From NCBI RefSeq assembly GCF_021028975.2, contig NC_059427.1, forward strand, positions 82,460,001 through 82,524,000: DNA of 64,000 nucleotides, written 5' to 3'. The stretch comes from Sphaerodactylus townsendi (taxonomy: Eukaryota). The number at the start of each line of letters is the position of its first letter. Position 1 is the stretch's first letter. Shown here piece by piece: positions 48,901 to 61,765 of the stretch. The notes below the pieces were generated by a model. That model saw nothing but the letters and a program-made list of their open reading frames with translations. It did no database searches and was not told the DNA's origin. Position numbers and translations under genes: made by a program.

Positions 48901-49100
48901 TCTTGTGTAGTGTTCCAGACACACTACAAAAATTACTATGCTATTTCCTATCATATTGGTATTTAATTCTCACAAACCCAGAAGGGAGCAGCTCTAATAC
49001 ATTCTCACTAGTGCCCTGTGAATCTACTAAATGCCACAGGTATTTGGTCCAAGAATAATATGCAATTCAAAACGATCCAGAAAATCCCCCAATGGTACTT
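45950..49100 (-). promoter_or_regulatory. MAML1: MAML1 3'UTR (~3 kb) with candidate poly(A) signals
   Basis: Stretch after the stop with no recognisable transposons; minus-strand AATAAA at 46259-46264 and 45972-45977. Confidence 0.55.
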
Positions 49101-50083
49101 TTAATGAGTCCCTAACAATTCATCCAGGTCATTCATCCATTCTTCTGAAGTCCTGTTTTTCAGCAAAGAGTCTATAAGATCTGTATCCCCGGTTAAGCTC
49201 GGTAGTCCATTATTGCCAGATTGGTTGCCGTAGGCAAAAGGCAGTTCTTGACTGGTTGTCCTCACTGGGTAACCTTGATTACAGTGCAGATTGGTTCTGT
49301 TGGGCAGTTGCTGATTTTGATTCTGGCTGAATGCAGACAGATCTGGGACAGTCTGATTTATGCCTGGCAGAATCTGTTGTGATGGTACTGGCTGCTGGGT
49401 AGGAGGATTTGTCCTTTGTTGAGCACCCATAGATGGCAGCATCTGTCCAGAGACAGCTGTGTTCATGGAGGCCATTGGCCTGCTGGTGTTGAGACTTACC
49501 TGAGGCATGCCTTGTGCAAACTGTTGACTGGTCATCTTTAGGTGAGTCTGCTGCATATGGAAAGTAGAGCTAGCTGTAAATGTCCCTAAGCCATTATTAT
49601 TCCCTTGTGCCTGGTTGTTCATGTTTGACATACCTTGGTGCTGCCATGATGGATTTTGAGCCCCAATACCTGTTGCCATTCTTGCCATCTGTGGCTTGGA
49701 CAAGGTCGGATTCAGTGGTCCTTTACTGTGTTGCTGAGAAATGCCTGCATTTCCAAGTGAGCCCTGTCCATAACCAGCAGGAATAGCAGTGCCCTGGGCC
49801 AAACTGGGCTGTCTTTGCATCTGTGGCTGTCCACCAGCACTGGAATTTGCATGCTGTTGAACCATCTGTGTTATACCAGGTGCCATGTTGTACAAACCAC
49901 TACGCTGAATGTTCTGCATGCCAGTATACTGAGTCACGGCTTGATCCTGCTGACTGGAGTTTGATGTAACAGAACTGTGTCCTGTTCCAATCTGAATGAT
50001 GTTCTGAGTCTGAGAAAACATGCGTGGGCTGCTGGAGTTGGACTGACTTAAATTATTTACCCCTGCCATAGCGGGTGATGAAC
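49101..50083 (-). CDS. MAML1: MAML1 last exon: (G)SSPAMAGVNN...DLIDSLLKNRTSEEWMNDLDELLGTH*
   Basis: gtattttag| acceptor; 983 nt; C-terminal acidic motif matches recalled MAML1. Confidence 0.96.
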
Positions 50084-51586
50084 CTAAAATACAAAACAAG
50101 ACATTTAACATGCATTAGAATGAACCCAAACCTCATCATGATTTCAGTTGTAATGTTACTTACAAAATATTACAGCTACATTTAGATCTTAAAACACAGA
50201 TGGAACATTCTATCTTTTCAGCTTTGTCGCCATAATCTGTTTCACAGCACTTCACAAGATTGCAATACAGCCTCTCCTTCCAGGATCACCACCTAAGGAT
50301 CTAATGGCCCAATCTGGGAGAGGGGGAGTGAACTGACTTCTCCCTATGGTGTGAACTAGTGCCAACAGATTTGCCCTCTCCGGGGCACTTAACTTGAGGA
50401 GCAAAATGCCAGTGGGTGGATGCTATGGTGCCACTTTAGCACTCCTGCTCTGCAGCTGGTCTCATCGGCACAGTGGGGGCAGGCTAAAGGGATTCTGAGG
50501 TGTGGAGCCGACTGCAGCTGGCTTCTACCCAGTTTTCAGGTAGCTGTCCCCCCACCCTTTTTTTGGTTGCACCCTCAGGCCACCTGAAAACTCTTTCGAG
50601 GCGGCATGGCAGCAGAGCTGTCCCCAGTCATGGTGGTCTCTGGACTGGATTGCCCAGACCCAAATTCCAGAACACTGAAAACACAACAAACAGAAAAGGA
50701 AATTCCTGACCTGGACTTATGTACAAATAATAAGCCATCTTACTGATCTTTAACTACATGTGCTGCAGTCCAAGCCTTTGGCTTTAACGTTTCTTGTCTG
50801 GGTCATATCACCTTTCTAGGGTAAACAACTGACATTTCATGACTAGCAAGCAATTAAGCTCAAGACTGTTATGTGAACTGGGCAATCAGTACAAGACAGA
50901 ATCAGATCTGCCACCTATACATATATGTCTGCTACGCATACATCTGCAGCTAGATTTCTACATGCTTGACAGAAGTAGGACTGTATCCTACAGACATTCT
51001 GAAAGCAGATACAGGTCTTTCCCCTCCCCCTCCTTGCAGCAGCCTCCTCTGACCCCCATCACTGGGGATTGGGTGAATTCTTGCAGACAAAAAGTCATGC
51101 ATGCTGAGAGGCTGCAAAACTGCTTCTCATCCCACTTAATACTATGATGGGGGCAAAATGTATGTAGAATAAGATGTATAAATGGAACTTGTAAACAACA
51201 CATGAAAAACATATCACCTGAACAGCTCCAAATGTGAAAGAACCTGTCATTTAAACCCACTGCTGATATTGGGTCCTGTCAAAATAAGCATTTTTAATTC
51301 ACTCAAATGGGAGAGAATTTGCTCTTGTTTCACTCTAGCTATGCTCATAAAAATAATACTAGTGTTCAGAAAAAAAACCAGAGTACAAAATTCATACATA
51401 CTGGAGAAGGAAACTCCTCTGAGGCTTCTAAATAATTAGCTTTAACAGGGAAAGTAAAGCAAGAGCACAGGACTATGAATTGCGGCAGTAAAACAACAAC
51501 AAACTAAATGACCAAATCCAGACAATCTGGAGATCCATACTCCCTTTCAGGAAAATCACATAAAGCAATACCATCACCACATTTAC

Positions 51587-51701
51587 CTGTGAACTGTCCA
51601 ACCTGCTGTTGGTAGGGATTCTGCGTCTGGTCTTGATACTGAGGTGGTGGCCGGGTCAGATGCCTCTGCAGCTGCTGCTCTCGATGGTGCCGTTGCTTCT
51701 C
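51587..51701 (-). CDS. MAML1: MAML1 exon 4: EKQRHHREQQLQRHLTRPPPQYQDQTQNPYQQQVGQFT(G)
   Basis: ttgtcttag|...|gtaaat, 115 nt; HLTRPPPQYQD (PPxY) motif; not in the ORF track. Confidence 0.95.
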
Positions 51702-52267
51702 CTAAGACAAGGCATAAGCAATATAGTTAAAACACATCATCGTCACAAGAGTGATGGAGTGTTACTTTGTACATGACAGCAGCTATAAAGGATCTCTGCT
51801 TTATTAAATGGTGACTTTTGTTGCCATGCTGTCATCACAAAACCAATCAGAAAAAAGTGATGTTCCAGCTCTCCTCACAACAAGAGGAGGAAGAAAAACC
51901 TACACTGAATGCTGAGGACCAAAAGTCCTCAAAGATAATGGTGCTTAAGTATCTGATGATTCATGAAATGTTCCAAGAGGTGACTTTGGAAATTTTGCAT
52001 GGGGAAGGGGAGGGCAGCTTGGTTGAAGCTCCAAGACAAAGTGTTGAGCTGTTTTGCCTGCTTTACTCAAAGAAATCAACATAGAGACAGATACCTTTCT
52101 TTGCTAGCAGTCCTTCTAACCTAAACAGAGTGAGTGGGACACACTTCCACGTTTTTTTAAAGGACCAAAGCCCCCTTCCCAATGAGGGAAAATACTTTCC
52201 CCCCCCCTTTTGTTATAAACTTCTAGGTTTTAATAAAACTCTGTCTTCATTACCAAGGATGAAAAGA

Positions 52268-52416
52268 TGGAGAAGAGTTTAGATTTATACCCCTCACTTT
52301 TCTCAAAGGAGCTTACAAACTCCTTTCTCTTCTTCTCCCCACAACAGACACATTGGGAGGTAGGTGGGGCTGAGAGAGTTCTAAAGAACTGTGACTAGCC
52401 CAAGGTCACCCAGCAG
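52268..52416 (-). mobile_element. SINE 3' half (same group as 31394-31686)
   Basis: Reverse complement of GCTGGGTGACCTTGGGCTAGTCACAG...CTCTCTCAGCCCCACCTACCTC. Confidence 0.75.
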
Positions 52417-53242
52417 GAATGCGGAATCAGCCAGAGTTTCAAAGGTCCATATCAGCACCTTGAATTGTGCTTGGAAACAGTATACATGAGTCAGAACTGG
52501 AACAATATGGTCCCAACAACCCATTACAGTCAACATCCATGTTATATTAGTTACCTATCTACCTAATGCTCTTAATGATGTAGTAAAGTTAATTCTGTTT
52601 CAACTCTCCTCCAACAACTTAGATCCCACATTTCTTTTTAATGTAAAGCTAATGAGCATTTTATGCTTGTAACAAAGAAAGCCATTAAGAAATCTCCTTT
52701 ACGTGTAATTCTTGCTAGCTTTTCAAAAATACCAATCTAGAACAATATCACACTTTCCTAATGCACACTAGTGTTCTCAGATTCTCTATTTGACATTCAG
52801 CCATAATTTCATTACCAGTCAAACAACACTAAAACAATTTATACATCTTATCTAAAATTCAAAAATGCTTAAACCCTTGTCTACTATTTATTTTCGGACT
52901 ACATAGATTGAAATCTGATTCTGATGGAACTTACCTGACAATATGACACCTGCCTATGTTCAAAATCCTGCACTGTCTTTACCAGTATCACAGTCTCATC
53001 TCTCACATACTTCAATTTTTAATGTGGCTCAAATGACAAACCCATACTTTATGCTTGCCAATGTGAGAGTGACTCAGCTCTGTTGTTAGGAATTCAGAGG
53101 GCACCCTACATCTACAGGAAGAGATAACTGCAGGGAATAATACCACATACAGAAGGAATCAGAACTTACTGGTTGCTTTCTGCAACCACTGTTTAACTCC
53201 AAACGTTTCTTCCTTAACAACTCATTTTCTGTGGGAATCAGG

Positions 53243-53457
53243 AGGGAGGAGAAGATGGGACTCAATGGTAGAGGATCTTCTTCCCATGCAGAAGATCTCC
53301 AGTTCAATCCCTGGCATCTCCAGTTCAAAAGGATCAAATTGTATGGGGATGTGAGAGACCTCTAGTTGAGACCTTGGAGAGCTGCCACCAGTCTGAGTAG
53401 ACAATACTGGCTGAGAGAATAGTGGTGTGATTCAGCAGAAGGCAGTTTCACATGTTC
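53243..53457 (+). mobile_element. tRNA-derived SINE (second family)
   Basis: CTCAATGGTAGAG box A, GTTCAATCCC box B, body GAGAGCTGCCACCAGTCTGAGTAGACAATACTG. Confidence 0.7.
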
Positions 53458-53689
53458 AAGGAAGAACAGGGAAATCAGTTGCTAAAGAGAGTGATGTGGA
53501 GATACCCAACAGATGGCGAATGGCACCCAGTGGCTCCTTTCTTGGCATATAGATGGAGAACCATAACAGTTCTCAAAGGGCAGGTTGGGCCTAGCTATAA
53601 AAAGCATCATTTAACAATAAGCTAAAACAGCTTCATGTACAACAAACAAAGAAAAGGAAATGCTCTCTTTTCTCACTGTTACCTCTTAC

Positions 53690-53950
53690 CTGTTCAGCAA
53701 GAAGCTGCCTCTGGCCCATTAGAAACTGCTTCTGTTGCTCCATTAACAAATGCTTTTGTTGCTGTTCCCTCTGTTTCTGCTGATCTAGTAGCATTTGGTG
53801 CTGCTTCATTACAACTGCTTGCTGCTGACTGTTGAGATAGGCTGTGCTGCCATGGTTACCTGCCATGGAAACATTGGGAGGCTGTGCATTCACACCAGGG
53901 CCAGGAACAGAAACAGGAATCCGGGCAACATTAGCAGAAGAATTTTGATC
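53690..53950 (-). CDS. MAML1: MAML1 exon 3: DQNSSANV...QQQAVVMKQHQMLLDQQKQREQQQKH...QLLAEQ
   Basis: cttttaaag|...|gtaaga, 261 nt. Confidence 0.95.
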
Positions 53951-54455
53951 CTTTAAAAGAAGCAGTAACAAACAGAAAGTCAGGCTAGACTTCAGTTTAG
54001 AAATTCACTTAAAACTAGGTATTCCTCTGAGACCCATCACAAGTAAGCTGTATTCAAGACGTTGCTAGTTTTTCATCCAGAAATGTTCAACACAGCTTTG
54101 ATGATGACTACAATTTACTTTCATCACAGTGCCTTGAAGTTCTTGTACATCAGTAAAATGTCAAAAAAACCAAGCTTAACCATAAAATTACAGTCATCTG
54201 CAGAAATATTATTTAAAATATTATTTAATTAGAACAATGCTTAATTTCAAATGATTGTACATCTGTCTTTAAACAATTTAGCTACAACAAGCACTGTACA
54301 CTGAAAATAGTCTATGGTGGAAGTATCTTGAGTTTGTGGTCATCTCTCTCGGTCTCTGTAATCACATCTCACCATACAACTAGCTTTCATAGTTGCTACA
54401 CATATTTACCTGCCACCAATTTACTACAACCAATCTGCTATAATAGGTAATTTAC

Positions 54456-55835
54456 CTGGCTATGTGGTACTAGAGGTCTGTAGGCAATATTCCCAGACTT
54501 CTGTTTCATTACAAACATCCCATTCTGCTCATCATTCATATGAGTCAGTGGAGCCTGTAGACGCTGCTGCATATATGCCAACATGGGAGTCTTGTTCTGT
54601 CCAGGTACTGTAGCCCCCTGCACGCATTCTTTGTAATGTGAAAGAGGTTTTGTGTTCCCATAGTCCAATACAGAGCTCTGACTAGACACTGAGTTCTGGT
54701 TTAAACTGTTTGGCTGATGGCTTAAAATATTTCCAGAGTGATAACTGCTTCCAGCCCGGGGAGAGCTCTTGTTTGGCATATTGGACAACATGAGTTTCTG
54801 GTTATTGAAGTCCTGTTGATAAACTGAAGGGCTACTAGGATTTTCCATACTATATGGTCCAGCTAATGGACTATGAGAAGGTCCAGATGGCTGCCAACTG
54901 GAAATCTGACTGGGCTGGTGGACTTGCTGTTGGTTCTGCAACAACTGATCTCTCTTCTGTTTGGCAGCTATCTGCTGAAGCTGTTGAGCAGATGACATGT
55001 CTTTGGCATTTCCTGTATTCTGGCCAGGTAATACAGAATTAGGTACAGGCCTCTGCACACTCTGAGACTGGTTTGATGGCTGTATCATAGACTGATGGTT
55101 AGGATTCTCAGTCACTGACTGATTGGGTGGCTGAAACATATTCTGGGAATTTCCAACCACTGGAGCAGCCACACTAACAGGCACAGAAGTGTTCCCAATG
55201 AAGGTTGTGCCAGAGGAACTAGACCTGACTTGTGGAGACCCCATCTGCTCTTGTTCAAAATCTGCTGGAGAAAATTCAGTCTTAATAATGATGTCTTGTG
55301 GCAGTGGAGTTTGTGCTGCTGAATTTGAAGAGTCAGCATCCTTCTTCTCCTCAAAGTCCTCCGTAAACAGATCTTTCATGTCTTCATCGGGAACTGACCT
55401 ATTAAGTTCATCAATGAGCTCCTTCCACTCTTGCTCATTAAGGTTAAGATCGGACATCAAGTTGTTCTGAGATACAGAACTTCCTGCTCCAGGAATCATA
55501 CAAGGAAGGTCATCTGGTTCTTGTTTGAGCTCCTTGTTCAAAGCCATACTAAAGGTGTCATCGGCATCACTGCTTCCATTCAGCTGTAGATTAGAGTCAC
55601 GCAGACACTTTTTGCTGATGCCATCTAGCCCCAAGGAATGTTTTCCATTAAGCTGCAAAGCATCTCCATTGGAAGATTTGCTGTCCAGCTGGTGCAGAGG
55701 AGATACGGGAGGAAGTCCATCATCATGACGCAATTTCTTGGGCACAGAGAACATTTCCCCATAGCCATTCTGCTGATCACCATTCTGAGGTGAAACAGAG
55801 CTATCAAGTTTTCTTTTCACTGTTTCATGAAGCTG
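54456..55835 (-). CDS. MAML1: MAML1 exon 2: QLHETVKRKLDS...ELKQEP...EQEWKELIDELNRSVPDEDMKDLF...LVPHSQ
   Basis: ttttttag|...|gtaaat, 1380 nt open; exon 1 (Notch/CSL-binding helix) is not in the window. Confidence 0.96.
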
Positions 55836-56534
55836 CTAAAAAAGAAACAATTTAAAATTAGTTTATGTTTTACAAAAATTATGTGTTATAAAAAGAAATT
55901 GATCTTTCAAAAAAGCAATTTTTGTACAGGTAAAAAACAGTTTATAATGAGGTAAAATCTTTCAGCCAGCTATTTTCATTCATTATTTTCATTCATAAGT
56001 CATATGATAAAACAGCATTTGTTTTTGAGTTTTGAGCAAATAAAACAAGCCTGCAGCATACATAAGTTATTTTTTAAAGCTGACACTCAACTGCAGCTTT
56101 AGAAGAATTACTGAAAGCATAGCTGCTTCCCACCCAGTTCTGCCAAGTTGTCCTCCCTTATTAGGGAGACAATGCAGTGCAGTAAATTATCCTACAGCTT
56201 AAAAGGACTAGCTACTGTTTGAATCTAGAACACAGCCGTACACAATATGTAGCCCTTATATTGCTGTATTTTGTCTGAATATAGGGAAACATATAAATAC
56301 TATAGATTTATTATCTTTCCTATCTGCAAAAGGTTTCCAGTTTTACAAGGCTTAAAAAGTGCAATATGGCTTGGATTCCACCTAGAATTTCTATAGGTAT
56401 ACGGGTGAGGTGATTTTCAGACTCCTTCCCCATAAGAAACCTCTGACCCCAAGTTATTCAACGGAAATGATCTGGGCAACTGGGAAGAGGGGAAATTGGT
56501 AAAAACTATCTCTTATGTCAATAGAAATTCTAGG

Positions 56535-56860
56535 TGGGATGGCCATCTGACAGCAATGCTGATTCTGTGATCTTAGGCAGATCATTAGAGGGAGGGCTGG
56601 AAGGGTTGTGTTGCTACTTGGCTCTTATGGCCCTTTCTTACATGCCCAGAGTAAAGCCAATTGCCAGGAAGCAATTCCTGGGATCAGGAAGCAATTTTCC
56701 TCCAGGCCAGATTAGCCACGGATCTTGGAGGGGGCATTTTTCACCATCTTCTGGGCATGGAGAAAGGGTGGGTACGGGAGGTAGTTGTGAATTTCCTGCA
56801 TTGCGCACAGAATTGGACTAAATAACCCTGAAGGTTCCTTCCAACTGTATGTTTCTGTGA
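56535..56860 (+). mobile_element. CR1-type 3'UTR fragment (different subfamily)
   Basis: GATGGCCATCTG...TTGGACTAAATAACCCTGAAGGTTCCTTCCAACTGTATGTTTCTGTGA terminal motif. Confidence 0.7.
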
Positions 56861-57600
56861 CATGAACTATTAAACTGGATTACATTCATGAAAGAATACT
56901 GTGCAACTACAATAGAGGGCAAATTCAACTCCATCTGTTCTAGAATTTAAGTATTCCAGCACTATATATTTTTTTCATTTTAGGCTTTCAAGGTAAGATA
57001 TGAGCATAAGTACTTTACAGTATTAACCAGGATTAGAACAGGATTAGCTGAAGTGGCTCTGCTGCTGTCTGTGAAAGATCTGCCAGTGTCACCTTACACT
57101 ACTGCTGCTGTCCAGTACCTGTGACAGTTCTGCCTTATACCAATCTGAGGACTCTGACTGATGGGGGTCTAAAGAGAATTATACCATTGACCTGAGTGGA
57201 ATGGCAGTTAGGAAGAAAGGAAGGGGGGAAAATAGAAGGAGAAGAGTAAAGGATCAAGGAGGGTTAGTAACCCTGAAATAAGGAAGAAAACTGATAGTTT
57301 CTGTGAGGAAAACAACTTCTAAGAAAGGGGGGCAATCCCTATTACATATTAGAGAAGGAAAATTGGAAACTGTGTGTACATTCTTGCCTCCACGGGTTTA
57401 GAAATTGTCTTGATTAAGCTTATACCATTTATTTAAGGAGGGACAGAGCCAAATGATCTCTCTCAACAGGTACAAATATCTGTTGGTAGACCAAAACAGC
57501 TACAGTCTGTGACAAATGACTGTATATAGTTATACAAAGTTTCCCTCATTCCTCTTGCCTTTTCAATAGTTGTTAAAAACTGAAACCTCCCTGACACTCT

Positions 57601-57998
57601 GGCTATTTCCGCACGGCAGCGGAAACACAGCTCCACCGGCATGAATTGTGCCGGTGGAGGCTCGGAATGCGTTTGCACACTATCGTGTGAGCGGCCCTGA
57701 CTTGCTTCCCTGCCGGAGAGCCTCCAGGGGTCGGAGGGCAGTGTAGGCAGGTCTCTGCAGCCCTCCAGAGCGACACTGGACAGGAAGATCAGTGGAGGTG
57801 ACAGGAAAAGCGGCGGCATCCCGCCAGTGCGGTTCGCGCTGTGCCGACGGGGAGATGCCACTTTTTAAAAAGTGGTGTCTTCGCACCACTCCAGGGTGTC
57901 CAGGACGGTGCTGCTGCATTCTCCTGTGCGAACAGCACCCTAGGGACGACATTTTTTCCATCCCTAGGGCACTGTTATTTGGCCATGCAGAAACGGCC
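57601..57998. mobile_element. Non-autonomous PIF/Harbinger-like element
   Basis: TIR GGCTATTTCCGCACGG / CCATGCAGAAACGGCC; 3-bp TSD TCT; GC-rich. Confidence 0.75.
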
Positions 57999-59371
57999 TC
58001 TGATTAGACCATTTCCTTGTAACAGTAAAATAAAACAATTTATATGTTCTAAATTCATATCAGCCTTTTGTGTCATCTTTAGGCATATACCAACAAAGGA
58101 TTCCTCAGCTCCCCAGGCTGAGTCAGAATACATTTATAGACATTTTAACATCTAGGGGGGGGACAGACACAAAAACAAAGAAAAGCAGCTCAGTTAAGTG
58201 AAAAAGTAGGGAATTGCCATACTACATTTCAAAGACTGTTTCACCCAACCATCATTGTAACTGGCTGTTTTCTTCTGCTGATGTGGTGGTGAGGGGGTGG
58301 ATGCCTCTTAGTCTGGTGTCTCAGTTGTGACATTTCACCTGGAGTGACTCTGCTAGGAGGCTAGCCTCTTGACTGAGCCTAAGCTCCTTACGGTAGTGTT
58401 CTCAGTTTCACACACAACCCCCTCACCACATTAAGGCTGCATCCAAGAGGGGGCGGCGTTTATTCTGTATATGCTTTATACTCAAACTATCTATGCTGGT
58501 GTCAACTGCACAGTTCAATTTCCAAACCAGAATTTATAGTATCTCCCCATATCTAGATCTTCTATTTGTTCTTGAAATAATAGCCTTAAATTCTTACACA
58601 GTGCATAAATACACTGCAGGTGAATTCTACAATATTCTTTCCAGCCTTTAATAAAAATACAGCATCCATCCTGATCCCTTTTGATTTACAAAGCAGCAAT
58701 AGGCATTTGTTTACTAACACTGATCATCACCCTTCCATTTTTGGATGCTGCTGAGGCATGAAAGATTTGTTCACTAATAATCCTTTTAAATAGGTGTTTC
58801 TTAAAGCATAAGTCAAGTAGTGTGTCCTTCTGTGTTGTTTATCCAGTTGTCTTTTAACAGGGCTGTTTAACTGTTCACATTTATTGAGAAGTTTCAGGCT
58901 CATTTTATTTCACACAGATTAAAACCCATTTTTATTATGGGGTCTGAATCCCACCTATAATTTTCATAGGCATAAAGCTGACAGAATCAAGTGATCTCTC
59001 TCAACAACAACTAGAGACATTCAAATTAATTAGGCAATTGTTATCTACCTGGGCATCTAGAGACATTCAAATTAATTAGGCAATTGTTATCTACCTGGGC
59101 ATTAGTTTTTTGGTCGCTTCCTCATACATAAAAAGTTCCCTTTTTGTCCTTACTTATTGTTTTATTTTATTTGCCCATTGGATTTTTACTGCCACTACTG
59201 GTCAATTATAGTTACTTTGTGGAGGGAATTTACTGGGGGGAAAAGGTATCAATGTAAAGGCTTATGATTCTTTGTTTTCATATTTTCTGGACAGCATACT
59301 TTGCTGGCCTACTATTCCCAATTTGTACAAGCATCTTTTACTATGTATCTTCATATGATTGTGTGTGAAGA

Positions 59372-59555
59372 GTGCCGTCATGTCGCAGCTGACTTACAAC
59401 AACCCAGTAGAGTTTTCAAGGCAAGAAATGAACAGAGGTGATTTGCCACTGCCTTCCTCTCTACATAGCGACCCTGGTATTCCTTGGCAGTCTCCCATCT
59501 AAGTACTAGCCAGGACCAACTCAGCTTCTAAGATCTGATGAGATCAGGCTAGACT
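59372..59555 (-). mobile_element. 5S rRNA-derived SINE (SINE3) with RTE/Sauria-like tail
   Basis: Minus strand GCCTGATCTCATCAGATCTTAGAAGCT...CTGGCTAGTACTTAGATGGGAGACTGCCAAGGAATACC tracks the 5S A/IE/C boxes; non-5S tail follows. Confidence 0.8.
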
Positions 59556-60169
59556 TGCCAAAATTTCAGAGCAATGTTATGATTTGCACAGTTGGAAGCA
59601 CTTTCTAACTCTAGAGTGCCCTCTAGAAGTAATTACAGGAAACAACATCAATTTCCATTTAACCTTATTAGTAGATCCATTTGTTCCTTATCCTCAAAAC
59701 TACAGAAGATATAAGAATGCTCTATCCAAAATCATTATCATGGGATCTTAAATTTATAAAAGTTTCTAAAAACTTGAGCGCAGGCACTGAGCTAAAAACC
59801 ATTTTGTACAGATTCTACATAAAAAGAACATGTAGCTTCCTGAGCAAACCTACCTATAGAAAGCAGCACTGACAGCTACACTTTAACAGAACCTTCTCCA
59901 TTGGCAGGTGAAAAGAACTTTTGTTGTGAAAGATCTAACTGATGGATGGTTCAGCATTACATGAACAGCACGCTTGGAATCTATGAGTGATTTTGGCCTC
60001 AGCATAAATCATTGTTTGTTAAACTAGCACACTAAACTAGCACCCTCCCTCCAAATCACGCTACTTTAGATACAACAACAAACTGTGGCTTGAATTAAAG
60101 CAAAAATCATTAACTGTACAGAAACATAAAGCCTTGCATCTAAGCCAACTCAGACAATTATGGTACTAA

Positions 60170-61765
60170 TATGGAACTATGGTTTGCAAAAATCTTCATG
60201 GCTTAGTACAACATTTCCTCAACTCCTTTCCATTAACTCAAGTCTTTTATCTAAGATCTACTGATATTTTCATCATCTGGATACACAGGAAAGAAGCTCT
60301 CACAAAATTCCATCACAATGTCAACATCTCCAACATACACCACTCCACACACCAAGTAAATTTTCTGGATACAACTGGAAACTATATAACGAACACATAA
60401 GTATCATCATTCTTTGAAAGCTCACTGGTCAAACATGCCTGCATACTTCCAGCTAGCATCCAGAATACACAAAGCAATCCACAACCTACACTCAAACAAT
60501 GTATTACAAACCCTTCAGATAGACTTCGAAGCAGTGGCATACCCAGGCAAACTGGAGCCCTGGGGAAACCTGAGTTTGATGCCTCCCCCTCGTGGGCGGC
60601 CACCGTCCCTCACTGTGACCAAACAAAGATTTTTTTCCACCAGGTCATTTCAAAGTCACCATCACATTATAAAACATACCCCAACTCACAAATCTGAACA
60701 GCAGAAATATTTTTTGAAAACATTTTCAAAATGCTTTCAAAATGTTTTATTACTGCTATGAAAACATTTTATGGTGTTGTATCCAGTCCCCCCAATTGGG
60801 GGAAACAGCATCACTTTCAATGTTATTTAAACTGGGAATGCCAGATTCTCCCTTTAAGGTGGATTTAAAAGGAGAATCTGGGCTCCCTAGTTTAAACAAG
60901 TGATGCTGGAATCCACCCCCAAACAGCATCATTTTCAATGGTGTTTAAACTAAGGAACCCAGATTCTCTTTTTTCAAATCCACCTTAAAGGAGGAATCTG
61001 GGGTTCCTTAAAGTTTAAACTAACATTGAAAGTGATGCTGTTTTGGGGTGGATTATTCCCCACCCTGAAACAGCATCACTTTCAATGTTTAAACTGGAGA
61101 CCTCAGATTCTCCCTTTAAATCCATGCCGAAGGGGGAGGATTTAATAATAATAATAACAATCTTTATTAGGCATTGAGAGAATAAAAGAAAGAAAGAAAG
61201 AAAACAAGCATTGGCAAGAAGGGGTGGATTTAAAAGGAAAATCTGGGGAAATTTAGTGGGTGCCTGCTGTCAGGGGTGTAATTATTAATATAGCAGCACC
61301 AAAATTTCAGAGTATCTTCGTGAGACCCTACTGATGATACCACCCAGGTTTGGTGAAGTTTGGTTCAGGGGGTCCAAAGTTATGGTCCCTCAAAGGTGTA
61401 GCCCCCATCTCCTATTAGCTCCCATTGGAAACAATGAGGGATGGGGGCACTCCCTTTTGGAGTCCATAGCTTTGGACTCCCTAAACCAAACCTCACCAAA
61501 CCTGGGTGATATCATCAGGAGAGTCTACGGAAAAACCCCTGAAATTTTGGTGCTGCTAGCCTAAAAACTGCGCTCTCTGCAGGCCAAAAACAGAAAAACA
61601 CCGAAAATACAAAAAAATCCCACAAACGAACTTGCAGTTTTTGCGCCCCCCACGAGGCGGCACCAAGGAGCGCCTCTGCTTCGAAGGATTTACAAAAAGC
61701 ATTTTTTAAAATCACAATACAAGTAAAGTAAAGGGGCAGATCAACAAAGGCAGACCGGTAGCATA
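60170..61765 (+). mobile_element. Degenerate Penelope-like RT fragment split by a hAT insertion
   Basis: YLRSTDIFIIW...NFLDTT (YLRYIDDIFIIW-like) on the left; DLQKAFF... continuation after 61686. Confidence 0.75.
60532..61678. mobile_element. 1.15-kb non-autonomous hAT element
   Basis: CAGTGGC...GCCTCTG ends; perfect TSD CTTCGAAG at 60524-60531 and 61679-61686; internal AAACAGCATCACTTTCAATG / CAGATTCTCCCTTTAA repeats in both orientations. Confidence 0.85.

Noticed and set aside
57463-58155. CpG-rich patch with several ORFs, resembling an alternative MAML1 promoter or exon 1
   Set aside because: Bounded by TIRs and a TSD; no mastermind N-terminal RLRRRI-type motif.
59465-59550. 5S rRNA gene
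   Set aside because: 5'-truncated, diverged, no oligo-T terminator and fused to a SINE tail.
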